Assembly: GCA_023920165.1 (NCBI GenBank)
Contig: CP089275.1
Coordinates: 2,480,001 to 2,544,000 of the forward strand
Length of the DNA: 64,000 bases
Source: Curvularia clavata
Lineage: Eukaryota
Reading direction: 5' to 3'
Shown: positions 50,648-64,000 of the stretch, one piece after another
Layout: each line of letters begins with the position of its first letter
How positions within the stretch are numbered: the stretch's first letter is position 1
Notes under the pieces: model-generated
The model's input: only the letters and a program-made list of their open reading frames with translations
Told to the model about the DNA's origin: nothing
The model's database searches: none
Program-made: the position numbers and the translations under genes

Positions 50648-51421
50648 TCAATCTTGCCTGCCCTTAAGTAACCGCTTCGTCACCTTGTCCTTCTCGATGA
50701 TATAGACGTGTGCGCCCCAACCGGAAAGTGCGTCTCGGTCTACGGCGTTCAGAAGCGCCTGCGAAACAGTCTCGAACAGGTCTTCTGGGCCCTAGGCAAG
50801 GAGTTAGCAAAACCGGGCTCGGAGCCAAAGCGGCGTGGGAAGAACAAACCAGATCTGGTTCCCACAGTCCCTCGCATGTACCAAACAGCTGGTCACTTGC
50901 TGTGCCGCTTACGATGAAGTCCTTTGCAAAGTCGATACATCCAATGCTATCAAACCCGCAGATGAAGGGCTTTCCGGTTGTCTGGTTGATACCCGCAATC
51001 ACTGGGCTGATAAAGTATGGACCAAAGCGTCTCTCATACAGACTTGAGCTGACGAGATTGGCCATGGTCTGGGGGCTGATGTTGCGTTCTTCGCGGAGAC
51101 GGTACATGTTGACCTTGTAGCGGAACAAGTCGGAGACTGTTGAGACGTCGGTGGCAAGGCCAGTCAGGCCGAGGAAGACGTCTCCGTATTGGAAGATCTT
51201 AGGGAAGTTGTTGGACACGGTGAGGGCCTGCATGCCGAGGCGGAGGTCGCAGGCGATGGCTACACAGTCCTTGCCCACCATTGCCACGCAGGCGCCGCCG
51301 TCTATTGGGATGGTTAGATGGGTATGCGGGGTGGCTGTGGTAGAGACGTACTTATGGAGAATGGTGACGACTGTTGCGATTAGCTGTATGTCGTACCGCC
51401 GGGGTGCGGGGAGCTTACCAT
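50648..51421 (-). CDS. PUP3: 20S proteasome beta-3 subunit, 3 introns
   Basis: Spliced [30 protein letters not shown]...[10 protein letters not shown]. Confidence 0.95.
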
Positions 51422-51710
51422 GGCCGCGAGAGTGATATTATGTGAAGCTAGATCTAAGAGGCAGCTACAGCAACGGGAGCAGTAGCACAAGCGTACTCCG
51501 GCCGGGATTGGAAGCAAAAGGTGGTGTTGCAGTGGCTGTGGTTGTGATGCACCCAGGTAGCAGCTCAGTACGCGGCGGCGCGAGCAAGCTCCGCCCTGCC
51601 TAGGACAAGGCTACTTTCGCAGCTTAAGCCCGTCTTGGCACCAGGAACTTTTGATATCCACGCCTGCACGCCCGCACCGGAATTGCTGCACGCCCAGATA
51701 TACATACACG

Positions 51711-52358
51711 ATGAGCGCCCCAAGAACAGTCGAGATTGCCAAATCGCTACCGCCGCGCCTACTGCGCTTTTTCGAAAAATACCCTCCGCCGGCGCTGTTT
51801 CCCGATCTCGCATCTCGACCCTCAAATCTGTTGTCGACATCGCAAGCGACGGCTGCCACCACCACAATCATATCAACGACCCCGCCCACAGATACCAATG
51901 CGCAAATGAAAGAGACATCAGCACCGGAGGTTCTACCGGTACCCTCAAACGCACCCCGGAACTCAAACATACCGCCAGAGGCACACAATCTCCCCTACCC
52001 AAATCCTTTCCTGCCCCACAAGAACTTTGCGACCGGGCGATGGCAGGGCCCCGCCTATGGACTGCGCAAACAAGCCGATCTAGTCAAGCTCGCTTCTGAA
52101 CATGGCGTAGTTGATCTATTGCCGTGGACAATTAAGAAGCCTGGGGAGAAGGAGCGGCTGCGGACAGAGAGAGGTCTACAGGTCAAGGGTACGGGCGAGG
52201 GACAAAAGGTCAAGGGAAAGCTATGGGAGAGGACGCTCAAGGGACGATTGGAGATGAGGAGACAGGCCATGTTGAACATGCCGGCTCTGATTCAGGAGTG
52301 GAAGCAGAAGGGGCACGGCAGGGGCTGGAAGAAGTGGCCGAGTGGGAAGGCAAAATAG
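51711..52358 (+). CDS. MRPL25: Mitochondrial ribosomal protein mL59
   Basis: RLLRFFEKYPP, NPFLPHKN..TGRW..YGLRKQADL and KGKLWER segments. Confidence 0.85.
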   Translation: MSAPRTVEIAKSLPPRLLRFFEKYPPPALFPDLASRPSNLLSTSQATAATTTIISTTPPTDTNAQMKETSAPEVLPVPSNAPRNSNIPPEAHNLPYPNPFLPHKNFATGRWQGPAYGLRKQADLVKLASEHGVVDLLPWTIKKPGEKERLRTERGLQVKGTGEGQKVKGKLWERTLKGRLEMRRQAMLNMPALIQEWKQKGHGRGWKKWPSGKAK

Positions 52359-52629
52359 GGCCATTGGCTTTTGAGCGTGGGATGGGTGGCATCATTTTTT
52401 CTCCTTCTTTCTCCAAGACCCAAATGTATTATGTGTAAATCAAACTCCATTTCATTGGTGCGACATGACATGAAGACAGTCGGCCTGCAAGGCTGACGGG
52501 AACAAAAATAAAAGTACTGATTGGGTATCCTCCGAATGAAATCTATCTCTCTAACAAGCCACCGAATGCATCCTGTGTGTGTATGTATGTTCAACATTCT
52601 GACTCGGGGTACGACACAGAGATTATGCT

Positions 52630-53427
52630 TTACATGACCATCTCTTCGTCTCCATAACTGGCCTGTAGGCCGTACTCGCGGGCAAAAGCATAGGCTCCAT
52701 AGTTGTTCTCCATGTCAATTACACTACCCACGTTCTTCTGCCAGAGGCCGTTTCCAGTGTTGTATACCGGATCAGTGGCCTGGTTGTATCTGGACGCCTC
52801 TTTGAGAGTGTCTTGGACTCGTGCAGACTCTTCATACTCACGCATAGCCATCATCTCGTAGCCCGAGGACATGTATGGCTCGGCGCTGGCTACGACCATG
52901 CCTTGCTCCTGTTCTTGCTGCTGCAGAGCATTCTGACGGGCAGCATCCTCAGCTTGTTGCCGCTCATATCTCAGTTTTGCCATGGCTTCTTCCTGCGCCA
53001 GACTGGTCGGGGGCCAATCGTAGAGCTGCCTCGACATGTTATAGTCAGTACCTGCCGGGTGCCCCTGACGTCCTGAAGGAGGAGAGATGCGCCATAACTC
53101 CAACAGACGTAGGCGTTGGTCGTCATCGGCATTCTTGAACAAATCGATCTGGGAAGGAAAGAGCAGGGTTGGGTCAATGCTATTCCTGACAAGGACAGCC
53201 TCCAGGTCCGACTCGTTAATTTGTGTCTTCAGGCCTGGTTCTGAGGCGCTGCGGAGCGGCACGTGGTGCGAGTGAGTGTAGTGCTGGGAAGCGTAGACGA
53301 TATGCTTTGGGGCCTGCTCTGGCTCGGACGCTGGCTCTGACTGGTGGATTGGTTGCACTGGTGGTGCCTGCGTCTGCGAGAGTTTCATGCTGGCCGAGAA
53401 CAGCCTGGCCAACTCATCTTGCTGCAT
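52630..53427 (-). CDS. Hypothetical fungal protein
   Basis: 265-aa ORF; 'IDPTLLFPSQIDLF..QRLRLLELWRISPP' and 'AEPYMSSGYE' blocks. Confidence 0.8.
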   Translation of the reverse strand: MQQDELARLFSASMKLSQTQAPPVQPIHQSEPASEPEQAPKHIVYASQHYTHSHHVPLRSASEPGLKTQINESDLEAVLVRNSIDPTLLFPSQIDLFKNADDDQRLRLLELWRISPPSGRQGHPAGTDYNMSRQLYDWPPTSLAQEEAMAKLRYERQQAEDAARQNALQQQEQEQGMVVASAEPYMSSGYEMMAMREYEESARVQDTLKEASRYNQATDPVYNTGNGLWQKNVGSVIDMENNYGAYAFAREYGLQASYGDEEMVM

Positions 53428-54546
53428 GCTTGCGTCTTGTTCGACTTTGGGCTGGATGTTGATACCTGTAGATATTACGCCACACTATGACGTAGTGTTA
53501 GTGGGCGCTGGGGGTAGAGATGTGACGGCTTACGTGGGAGCAAGAAATGTTCTGGGAAAAAGCAAAAGGGCTAAATGAGACGGGAGTATCGTAAGAGCAG
53601 GAGCAGTGGTGGAGCAGCATGGGCTGCATGTCTTTGTGCTGGGGTCGCAACAGCAAGTCGGGATATGTGGGGTAATTTGTGGTAATGGCAGGGTGAGGGC
53701 ACTGCGGAACCGTCCAAAGAAGGAGCGAGGGGCAACGTATGGATGTATGTAGGTATGTATGAATGGATCGATGGATCGATGTGTGTATGCACGCTGACCA
53801 GGAAGTAGAAGGGCGAGCCACGGATGCCTGGGATAGCTGTACGTTGGGCGCTGATGAGAATGGACAGGTTGAGATGCAGATGGAGAAATGAAATCAGACA
53901 CGAACAAACAGACTTGGAGCGGGTCAGTAAGCAGTCAGTAGCAGCGACGTGGTCGAGGTGCCTTAAGTAGTTCCGCCCGGCGCAGCGTGCTGGCAGGTCA
54001 TGCGTGGAGGCGGGCGGATGGTGGTGATGAATTTGTCGGCCAGCGGTGCAGTTAGTGTCTAGGTTGAAACCCAACCTGTTCGGCTAGCCGGTCGACAGCC
54101 AATCGAGTGGCCGTCGAGGGCGTCGAGAGTGGTCGGGCGTGGGACGACAACTCATCAACGGTTGTGTAGAGGCGTCTGCACTTGTCGCACTCGAGGGGTG
54201 CCGGCGGAAGAAGCCGGCATGGGGATGGGGGCGACAAACAAATTCGACTTGGACATGGCATGCACCGCCGTGAGGCTGTCGGTCCGCTCTAGGTCAAGGC
54301 TGGCCCAGCCTTGTCGGCGGCGGAGCGGTTTGCTTGGCGCGCTAGGGAGTGAGCTGCTGCTGGACTACACTGGAGCTTGCGCACATACACCATTGCCTAG
54401 CATCTCATCCCCCACGACGCCTGTCCACGACCTCGCTCAGCCTTAGCTACTGCTCGACTGGTCCCGTACACGCCTAGTCGCTCTCCAAAGTCTGCACCAA
54501 CACACCCTGCTATCCTAGACAGCTCTTCAAATTCCCACCCGTCACC

Positions 54547-55534
54547 ATGGTAAACACTCCCCCGCCTGCTCTGCACCATCCCTAGCCAAACTAAGCTGAC
54601 CTGCGTCCAGACATCAATAGGCACAGGCTATGACCTGTCCAACTCGGTCTTCTCGCCCGATGGTCGTAACTTCCAGGTCGAGTATGCAGTAAAGGCGGTG
54701 GAGAACGGCGGCACAGCCCTCGGTATCCGGTGCAAGGACGGCGTAGTGCTCGCCCTCGAGAAGCTCGTCAGCAGCAAATTGATAAAGCCCGGCGCCAACA
54801 AGCGCATAGCGACCGTTGACCGCAACATGGGCGTCGTCTCTTCCGGTCTGCTCCCCGACGGTCGCCACTTCGTCTCCCGAGCCCGTGACGAGGCAGCACA
54901 ATGGCGGCAGCTCTACAAGGCCCCCATCCCTTCATCCTCTCTCGCCGACCGCATGGGAAGCTATGTCCAGGCATACACACTCTACTCCAGTGTACGTCCA
55001 TTCGGAATTACCGCCATCATTGCCGGCTGGGACTCCGAGGCAGAGCTACCCGTAGACGGCCAAGTTGGCTCAGGCCCTTCTGTTGGTTCGGGAGGCAAGC
55101 GCGAGGGTGCAAAGCACGGAGGCCCATCACTCTACATGATTGAGCCCAGTGGCCTCTATTGGGTATGTAAAAGAGCATCAGCGTCACACAGCATGGCTAG
55201 TGGCTAATCTGTTCAGGGTTACTACGGCGCAGCCACAGGCAAAGGCCGCCAGGTCGCCAAGTCGGAGCTCGAAAAGCTCAATCTACATGAGGGCCAACTG
55301 TCGTTAGAAGAGGGTGTCAAGGAAGCCGCACGCATCATCTACGTCGCACACGATGACAATAAGGACAAGGAATTTGAGTTGGAAATGACCTGGATCAGCA
55401 GTCTGGACGGACCAACCAAGGGTAGGCACGAGGAAGTGCCCAAGGACATCCGGGAAGAGGCCGAGAGGCTGGCAAAGAAGGCTTTGGAGGGAGATGATGA
55501 TGACGATGACGACGAGGAGAAGATGGAAGAGTAG
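54547..55534 (+). CDS. PRE10: 20S proteasome alpha-7 subunit, 2 introns
   Basis: [27 protein letters not shown]; acidic C-terminal tail. Confidence 0.95.
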
Positions 55535-55935
55535 ACGGCTGCTCCATGCTAGGTGCATAAAAGTACACACCCTGACGATGCCTAACGAGCGGCTTTTCCA
55601 CAGGCCTTGACGATCAAATGAACAAGATTCACAAGTAGACGACCAGCACAAGCCTTTTTTTTAAACATGTCGCCCGCTTGCTTACCGTGCTTTTCACCCC
55701 GTCTCAGTCTTACCTGCCGCTTGGCGACGGGGCCGCGGCAGTGGTAGTGGCAGTGGCCGTGATCATGTACAAGTACCCGCGTCATCGAGATGCAGGTACG
55801 TCCGCCCCACCAGCGCGCGTCATTGCCAACAACGCTCCGCCTCGAACGTCCCTTTTTATACCATACTTGCGTCGCCGTACGTGGATTGCTTCCAGACCCT
55901 ATCGTCTTGATCCGCTTGCAGCTTTCTTTCCCGCA

Positions 55936-56765
55936 ATGGCACCCAAACTTGTACTTATCCGCCACGCTCAGGCTCAGCACAACGCTACTAATGACTGGTC
56001 TATCCATGACCCTCCACTCACAGACCTCGGTGAGCAGCAATGTCGTGAGTTGCACGAACATCTCAAGCAGACCAAGATCGGCAACCAAGTCGAACTCATT
56101 GTTGTGAGCGCGCAGAGAAGAACGTTGCAGACCGCCACCATTGGACTGGATTGGCTCATCCAAAAGGGCATCAAGGGTAAGGGGAAACGTATCGTGAAGG
56201 CGTGAAACACTACGAGCGGCTAACGGGCTCAATTGCAGTCATTCCCGACGCAAACTGGCAAGAAAACGCAGACAAGCCCTGTGACACGGGAACCCCACTC
56301 GACGTCATCTCCAAAGAGTTCCCCCAGTACGACTTTTCCGTCGTCGACCCCTCGTTCCCAGACAAGACGACCAATGGCCCCAAGAACCCATATGCCTTTA
56401 CCGAAAAGGCCATTGTCGCGCGCGGCCAGACCTGCCTCCGCAACCTGTACTCGCGGCCCGAAAAGGTCATTGCCGTTGTCTCGCATTCTGGCTTCCTGCG
56501 TACCGCCATCTGCAATCGCATGTTCTTCAATGCCGATTACCGCGTGTTTGACTTTGACGAAGAAGCCATGAAGAAGCAGCCGGGTGTCTTTGTGCTCAAG
56601 GAGAGCGAAGAGACGGAGAAGAATGGTGGGGGGATGGGCAGGAGCGACATTGGCGTCTTTGGCATTGTGCCCGGAGACTTTCCGCCAGAGATGGACGAGG
56701 AAGAAGCTGCCAAGAAGGCTGATAAGGTGGATGACGAAGCTGTCAAGGAGAAGCCCGGTGCTTGA
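55936..56765 (+). CDS. Histidine phosphatase / phosphoglycerate mutase-like protein, 1 intron
   Basis: LIRHAQ, DPPLT, RTLQT, PCDTG and VSHSGF motifs. Confidence 0.88.
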
Positions 56766-56981
56766 TATGCCCTGGCTGCTGTCTGGATACCCACAGGGAC
56801 AAATATGGACCATTCAAGGGTGCAACATGGTATGACATACACAACTACATATTACCTCTCAATCAGCTTTCTGAGAGTGCTGCACTCTGTGCTGCCCTGA
56901 TAGACCTTTAGAAGTACAAGGAGAAAAGACGCCATGTTAGCTCCCCTCACGCTTCCTCAATGCCTGTATTCGGTCTTTATT

Positions 56982-58205
56982 TCACCAGCCAGTCCTGGCG
57001 AACTGAAGATGGTGGTTCCAGCGCTTGTGTTTTCCTTCCCATGCGGCATTGAACGCGGCCATCGCTTCTTCCTCTCTGGCTCCTCTGATGGCCAGACTGA
57101 CTGCGTGACCATAGAGCAGGTGGAGCTCTGTGCTTGCCCGTGAGAGTTTATGATTGTTTAGAAACATTGCGAGCGGATTTCTAGACAAGCGAGTCCTAAC
57201 GTGAATCTCGACGGTTTGCAGAGTGACTGGCCTCAGTGAAGCTTCCGCAGTCCCACTATGATCATTCCTCTGTAGTTGCTGGCTTGTCGTCAGCCTGCGA
57301 AACTGAAGCAAAGGCTGTATCCATTTCTCTCGCAGGTTGAATTTTGGTGCACTATCATGGAGCTGAACCCAGACTTGTAGCTCTTGTAGACCAACGAGCT
57401 GCTTTGAAGCGACTTTGCATACCTTGATCCTAAGAAGTATCAAAGTAATTGGCGACTGTTCAGTCACTGTGTGAGGGGATACGATGGGAGAGGGGAAAAG
57501 GCATAATCTCAAGGAAGGGACTGCTACTGTTCTTACTCACCAGCTCTGACGGTGCCTCTCTTGCCAAACTTGATGGTCGATCCTCTCAGGAGGACCGTAC
57601 GTGTCATAGTGGAGATGAAGCTTTGTGATCTGTTGCAAGCTCACACTAGATACGGTACCGAAGAAACTATGCATGCGCTTGGGTGCATCGAATACGAAGA
57701 CTGTCTTGCTGTAGACGAAGATCGCTGTCTCAAGGTAGACCTGCTTGCACACAAGACTCAGGGCGTACAGCGAACTAAGCCAGTTGGTCTGCAGGCCGTG
57801 CACGACATTATACTTACCCAATGGTCTAGAGAAGCGCACGACAGTCGGGGGAATGTCATTGGATTGGGCACCAAGTTCGAGGGTTTTGCCTCGCCAGGAC
57901 GCCAGCCCCGACCTGAGCTTGACGGTTCGGGACTTCTGTTCTTTCAGTTGACTGCCTCTGGCAAGTATTTCACAATGGCAGTCCCGGTCAAAACAGTACG
58001 TGTAGATGTGGTTCCTGATTTCTCCCGGAAGAGCCAAGAAGCCCCGCTGCCGTTTTGGTGAACGCATTGCGGGTCTGCGTGTGCACGAGAAGAGACTGAG
58101 TGAAGCTGTGGTGGGTGACATGGAAGGACTAGGTGTAATAAGTCCAGTGCAGAAAGCTGCTGGTGGCTTAGGGTCAGTTGCAGGAGCTGTGTCAGCCACA
58201 ATCAT
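56982..58205 (-). CDS. Hypothetical protein with 'FLALPGEIRNHIY' F-box-like motif, 1 intron
   Basis: ORFs 57537-58205 and 56982-57512; LVCKQVYLET motif. Confidence 0.7.
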
Positions 58206-58368
58206 AACGGTCAGGCTCGTCGCGTTGGTGAGGGAGAGTGGGGATGAGATTGGCCAGCCTGGACTGCGAACGACATGGGACTCAGGCTGGCGCTAGCCCC
58301 GCTTGGGATTAATGGAAAGAGCTCCTGCACAACAATCGCTATGCTATCATACCGCCTTGTCAAACACA

Positions 58369-59459
<1,091 letters not shown>

Positions 59460-59641
59460 ACGGCGCTAGGCATAGACATACACAAGATAAGAGTCAATAT
59501 ATCTGAATTGCAATATCTATCCTGCACAGCTCGCGGGCTGTGGGTCATGAACCTGGAAAAGCCTTTCGTAATGCATCTATGCCGTCCCTAGCCATTTTGC
59601 GAAAGAAACAAACGCACGCTCACCCAACATGACATGTTTGC

Positions 59642-61020
59642 TTAGTCCATATCCTCGTCAATGGCCCTTTGCTGCTGCTGCTTCCTCTGGCCACCCCTTC
59701 CACCAAACCTCGACGCCATATCTGCCTTTTGGTCTGCCTTGTTTGCCTCGTCCTCCTTCTCCTGCAAGAACCTCTGCTTCTCCTGTTGGATTACCTGCAA
59801 CACGCCTTGGAGGCTGTTGCGCCACAAATCTAATCTTGACGCCACCTCTCGCCACTGGTTGTCACCGAAGACGCGGTATGTGGAGCGGTGAATGAGGAAC
59901 GTCTGGTTCAGCTGGCTGAGCTTGCCCTCGACGAGACCGGCGCGAATCACATCAATGACCCACATCTCGACGTCTTCCAGGGGTACCTGCAGCCCCTTTG
60001 CAATCTTCTCATATGGCAGCGATCTTGTCTGACCCGCCGAGGCAGCCATGGAGGCAAGCGTGAGCAGGCGCATCTTGCGGTTTAACGCGGCGCCGTCCAG
60101 ACCAGATTCCTCCACCCAGCCGTCATGCTCGTCCTTGAAATCGTTGAAATCGTCGAGCAGATCTGAGTTGAAGATCTCAAGGAGCTGGAAATGAACAGGG
60201 TCCGAGTTGCGCAGGGCTTGGATCGAGTCAAGATCGGTAAGGTCCTGGAAGTCGTAGTGCGAAGGGTGCGTGAGCGCGGACTTGAGTGCACGGAGGGAGA
60301 GCTCACGGGCCTCGGGGGATGAGGCCTGCTCAGAGGGAAAGGTCCGGAGCGCGCGCAGCAGATATGTGTATGCCTGCTCGCTCTCTCCAGCATCTGCGGC
60401 CACATCACTCACAGCCAGGTACAACTTGCGGGCGTCCTCCTCAGGCGTCTTCCATTCGACTAGCCAGCTATCGAGCTGCTTGAGTTGCGGTCGCAGCGTC
60501 TCAAAGTTGGATGTAGCGCGGATGACACGGAGGATGGCGAGGAGCACTTGGTAGCGGGCCTCGTTGGTGGGCTGGGTCGTGTTGAAGATGGTGCTCAGGA
60601 TGGAGAGGGCGAGGCCGCCGCCGTTGTAGGGCGAGGACGAGATTGGCGCACTCAGGTTCTGGCACATCTTGGGCAGAAACATTGACACATTGGGCGACTG
60701 GTTTACGAGGTGGATGAGCAGGTTGTATGCCGCGATGAACTCTGCGCACTCATGGTTAGATGGGCCCTTTGGGACGCAGTTGCAGTTGCGGGGCTCCTCA
60801 TACCCTTCTCTGGCGCCTGGTTGAGCGCCTGGCTGCCGACGACGAGCTTCTTGAGCACCTCATCCTTTTTGTTCTCCTTGAGAAGCTCGGCGCTCTCGGC
60901 CTGGAGGTTGGCGCTCTCGTCGCCCTGGGATTTTTTGAGGCTGTCGATGTATTGTGCGAACTCGTCGGTAAGCTCCTCGAAGGTGCCCTCGATGAGCAGC
61001 GTGGTCTTGGCGCCCGGCAT
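59642..61020 (-). CDS. Translation initiation factor eIF3 subunit M (PCI domain), 2 introns
   Basis: 'LLIEGTFEELTDEFAQY', 'RKMRLLTLAS' and 'VEMWVIDVIRAGLVEGKLSQ' segments. Confidence 0.92.
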
Positions 61021-61813
61021 GGTGCTTGTCGCAGAGAATTAGACGTGCGAAGTGTGTAGGCAGCGGGCGCTGTGGGCGGGGCTGGTGGATGGTCGACAAT
61101 GGGATGCACTTTGGTGGGATGCCAAGATTCGCGTTGGAATTTTGGAGTCACTATCGATAGCCACACAGGCTGGGCTCTTTGTACGTACTGCCAACACACG
61201 AATGATCGCACCTATAACAGTTTATTCTATCAATCTTTACGGAGACACAGCATTTATCTAACTCAAAGATAAAAAAAACACTGCCGTTGGTCACACTACA
61301 TTGTCCTACAGGTAGCCTCGCTCTCATCCCGCCACTGCGCCACAGTATGAGAAAAATTATTGGAAAATCAAGTATCGATAGCAAACTTGCGTGTTTTGGT
61401 AATACATCTAGAAAAGAAGGATCTAATGTAACGTTGTATCACTTGTGCCGAACAAAATTGTACAATAGCCGCATAATTAAGGCAGAACCCGCACAACGTA
61501 CAAGTCTAGCGTAAATTATTGAGCTTTTCATAACTTAAATACTGATAGCGTCAAAGCTGGGACTGTTGCTTCTCTCAGCAATACAAATAAGTCCCAAACA
61601 GGATTCTGACAATATTCTCTCGTTTCTGTGTACTCATTTGTTTAATTTTAGAAATACAAGAATACCTCCCTATACAACTCTCAAACCTCTTATATGCAAT
61701 AGGATCACTCTGTATTGTATTCTGGTTTTTCTACTGGTGAATGCATGTGAGTCTACATTATATCTTTCACCGACGTTTTTAGTTGGAGAGATAGTCATAT
61801 TGGCTTTTCTATA

Positions 61814-63674
61814 ACGTTGTGGATAAGCGAGCGCCGCAGGCAAGCGAGCGCCGCACCCCAACAACTTTGTGCACCTTTACAAGCGCGTAGCTTTATCACA
61901 TTAGAACTATCTTAATCTATATTAACGTAGTAGATTAATTGTTATATAGAGTATCTTTCTTGCATGTACGTGAGTTATAGCCAGTCTCTCTACACCTGCT
62001 ACAGCGTGCGAGAGCCTGGCGGCTAACACCTAATCGCTCTCCTCCTTGACGCTCTTCATGAGCAATCTGCTGATCAGCCTCGCGTTGAGCAAGTAGATCC
62101 TCTCCAGCTCCCTTTGTAAGCACTCCTTGCTTCTGTATACGCTTCTTTTTACGCTGTCTACGTTCTGTAGCTGCCTCGTTAGCCTTTTCAAGGCTGGTAA
62201 TTCGATCGCGTATTAGCTCAGCTGAAAGCATCATTATCTCTACTCCCTTTTTAAGCTGGCCAATCGCTGCAATAATTGAAGCTGGTGACGAACTTTTATG
62301 CTGTCGAACGCGATTACTTATTAGTGTAGATTGAGCTTCAAGCTCGCGTACGTTGCTCGGCGTACAGGCCTGCCAGAGAGCTTCTGCGAGAGCTGGTAGA
62401 GCTGGCGTAGTTGGCGTACGTAGCTGTACGTCAAGCTTTGACAGAACAGTGTCTGGCTGGAGAGGAACAAGGCCTGCGCCTTGAAAAGCTGAGCAGATAT
62501 TGGCTGACGTGAACGATTGATCAAAGGCTGCCTTGAATGCTGGCAGAAACTCAAGCTTAGTGATATGGTTAATATGGTTGCGTATTAGGCTCTCCACCTC
62601 ACGGCTATACGCGCGCTTCAATGGCGAGAAGCAGCCAACGTCAAGAGGCTGGAGCAGGTGAGACGAGTGAGGCGGCATACAGAGCGTGTAGATGTTGTTC
62701 TCCTTATAGAGCTCTTGAAACGCAAGAGAGTTATGGCTCTCATGGCCGTTAAGGATAAGTAGACGGCGCGCGCCTACAACGCGAGTCTTTGTATAGGCGT
62801 CAAAGTGCTTTAGCCACTCAACTCCTAGCTCGTTGGTCGTCCAGCCATTGTCGCTGACAGCGATCGCCCAGTTGCGTGGGATATCTGCCTCCTCGTACCA
62901 GGCAGATAGGTGATACTTGCTAGTAAAGATTAGAAACGGTGGGATAGACTAGCTAGCTGTATTAATTCTAGCGATAAACGTCACCCACTCGCGACCACCT
63001 GGCTGAATGGCCTTTGGCCGGCCTCTTCTCTCTGACGCTGTAATGACAAGCTGAGTAGTAATCTTGCCCATTATAAAGCCAGCTTTGTTAAAGTTGTAGA
63101 CGTCCTCGTCACAGATGCCGTACTTGGCCTTTGTCTGCTCTATAAGCTTAAACCAGCTCTTAATTAAGACTGGATCTTCACATAGAGCTCTCTGTCTATT
63201 GTACGCCCGATTGAAACGTGTCGTAAGATTGTCTGTACGCTTGACAAAGTTGGCTGGCCACTTCTGCCCAACCTGGCCAGCGCTACGCGCAGCTAGTAGC
63301 TTATTAGCCATATCGCGCATAGCAGCGTACGTGGGCGCAAATCCACGTGAATCAAGATTGAGTATGTGGTCAACTATCACCTCCTCTTCTAGCTTAGTTA
63401 GCTTCTTTGAGTTGGGCTGGCAATCGCGTCGGGCAGTTACGCCAGCGCGTCGGCGGCGGATTGTTCGTTCAGACACGCTATAGATAGCAGCAGCACGACG
63501 ATTACTCTGTATTTGATGAGAATTAATAGAAGAAATAGCAAGCTGGATATCTGCTTCATTTGAGGCTAATAGAGTAGCTCTGCGTTGAGCCATTGTTCGT
63601 TATGATGGGAAAGGTGTGCAGAGTTCGTGAGGTGCGGCGCTCGCTTGCCTGCGGCGCTCGCTTATCCACAACGT
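61814..63674 (-). mobile_element. Fot1/pogo DNA transposon, lightly RIP-mutated
   Basis: TA|ACGTTGTGGATAAGCGAGCGCCGCAGGCAAGCGAGCGCCGCACC...|TA TIRs. Confidence 0.96.
61935..63593 (-). pseudogene. Fot1/pogo transposase with a TAG at 62949 and degraded catalytic residues; C-terminal Zn knuckle
   Basis: YNFNKAG (ex-YNFDEAG), LNGH (ex-LDGH), HLLQPLD and CSRC...YNSRTC. Confidence 0.9.
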
Positions 63675-64000
63675 TACCGTACATACATATATACAATCTC
63701 ACCTCTCGTATACCTGTACTTTCTCTACTATAAGAAAACGCACTTAGTGGCCTATTTTGATGACGTCGAAACCACTATGACCAAAGATAATTTAACTAAC
63801 AGGTTCTTCAATCATTTTGCAAAGCAGTGTAGTACAAGCTTATCCATGAGAGAAGCTTTATCCTGGTGAAAAACCAATATACGGACAGAATTTGGACATT
63901 CTTCTCTAATGAGTGTTATTCTATACTAAAGTGGTCTTGTCCTAGATAGCTACTGTGGTCAAGCCACCAATATAGCCGCATTGGACTGTAGAGAAATACA

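Noticed and set aside
53737..53790. (GTAT/GGAT)n low-complexity tract
   Set aside because: Ordinary degenerate microsatellite in an upstream/UTR region.

Overview
This is a filamentous ascomycete window; the gene content and block-like GC structure suggest Pleosporales/Dothideomycetes (inference). It has two compartments. (1) Bases 1-~19.3 kb are an AT-rich, RIP-degenerated nest of transposons: three Gypsy LTR retrotransposon remnants, four Tc1-type DD34E elements with ~320-bp TIRs and spliced transposases, and a Fot1/pogo element. (2) Bases ~19.4-61 kb are a GC-equilibrated, gene-dense block. It starts with a P450 (split by a young pogo element), a bZIP-DUF3425 regulator and an SDR. It continues with a GH7 endoglucanase, a type IIC P-type ATPase and core genes (methyltransferase, CSA/ERCC8-like, MND1, HEL2, PRP28, PUP3, MRPL25, PRE10, URA6, eIF3m). 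A second Fot1/pogo copy closes the window. The most notable signals are: RIP-masked antisense Zn-cluster-like genes between pol and the 3' LTR of two different Gypsy elements; apparently RIP-hardened intron-containing Tc1 elements whose TIRs and transposases are mosaic; paired change of TIR repeats and N-terminal HTH in sibling pogo elements; a 20-bp tandem array in the bZIP/SDR divergent promoter; and a motif pair shared by two proteasome promoters. All calls were made by eye, with no database searches.
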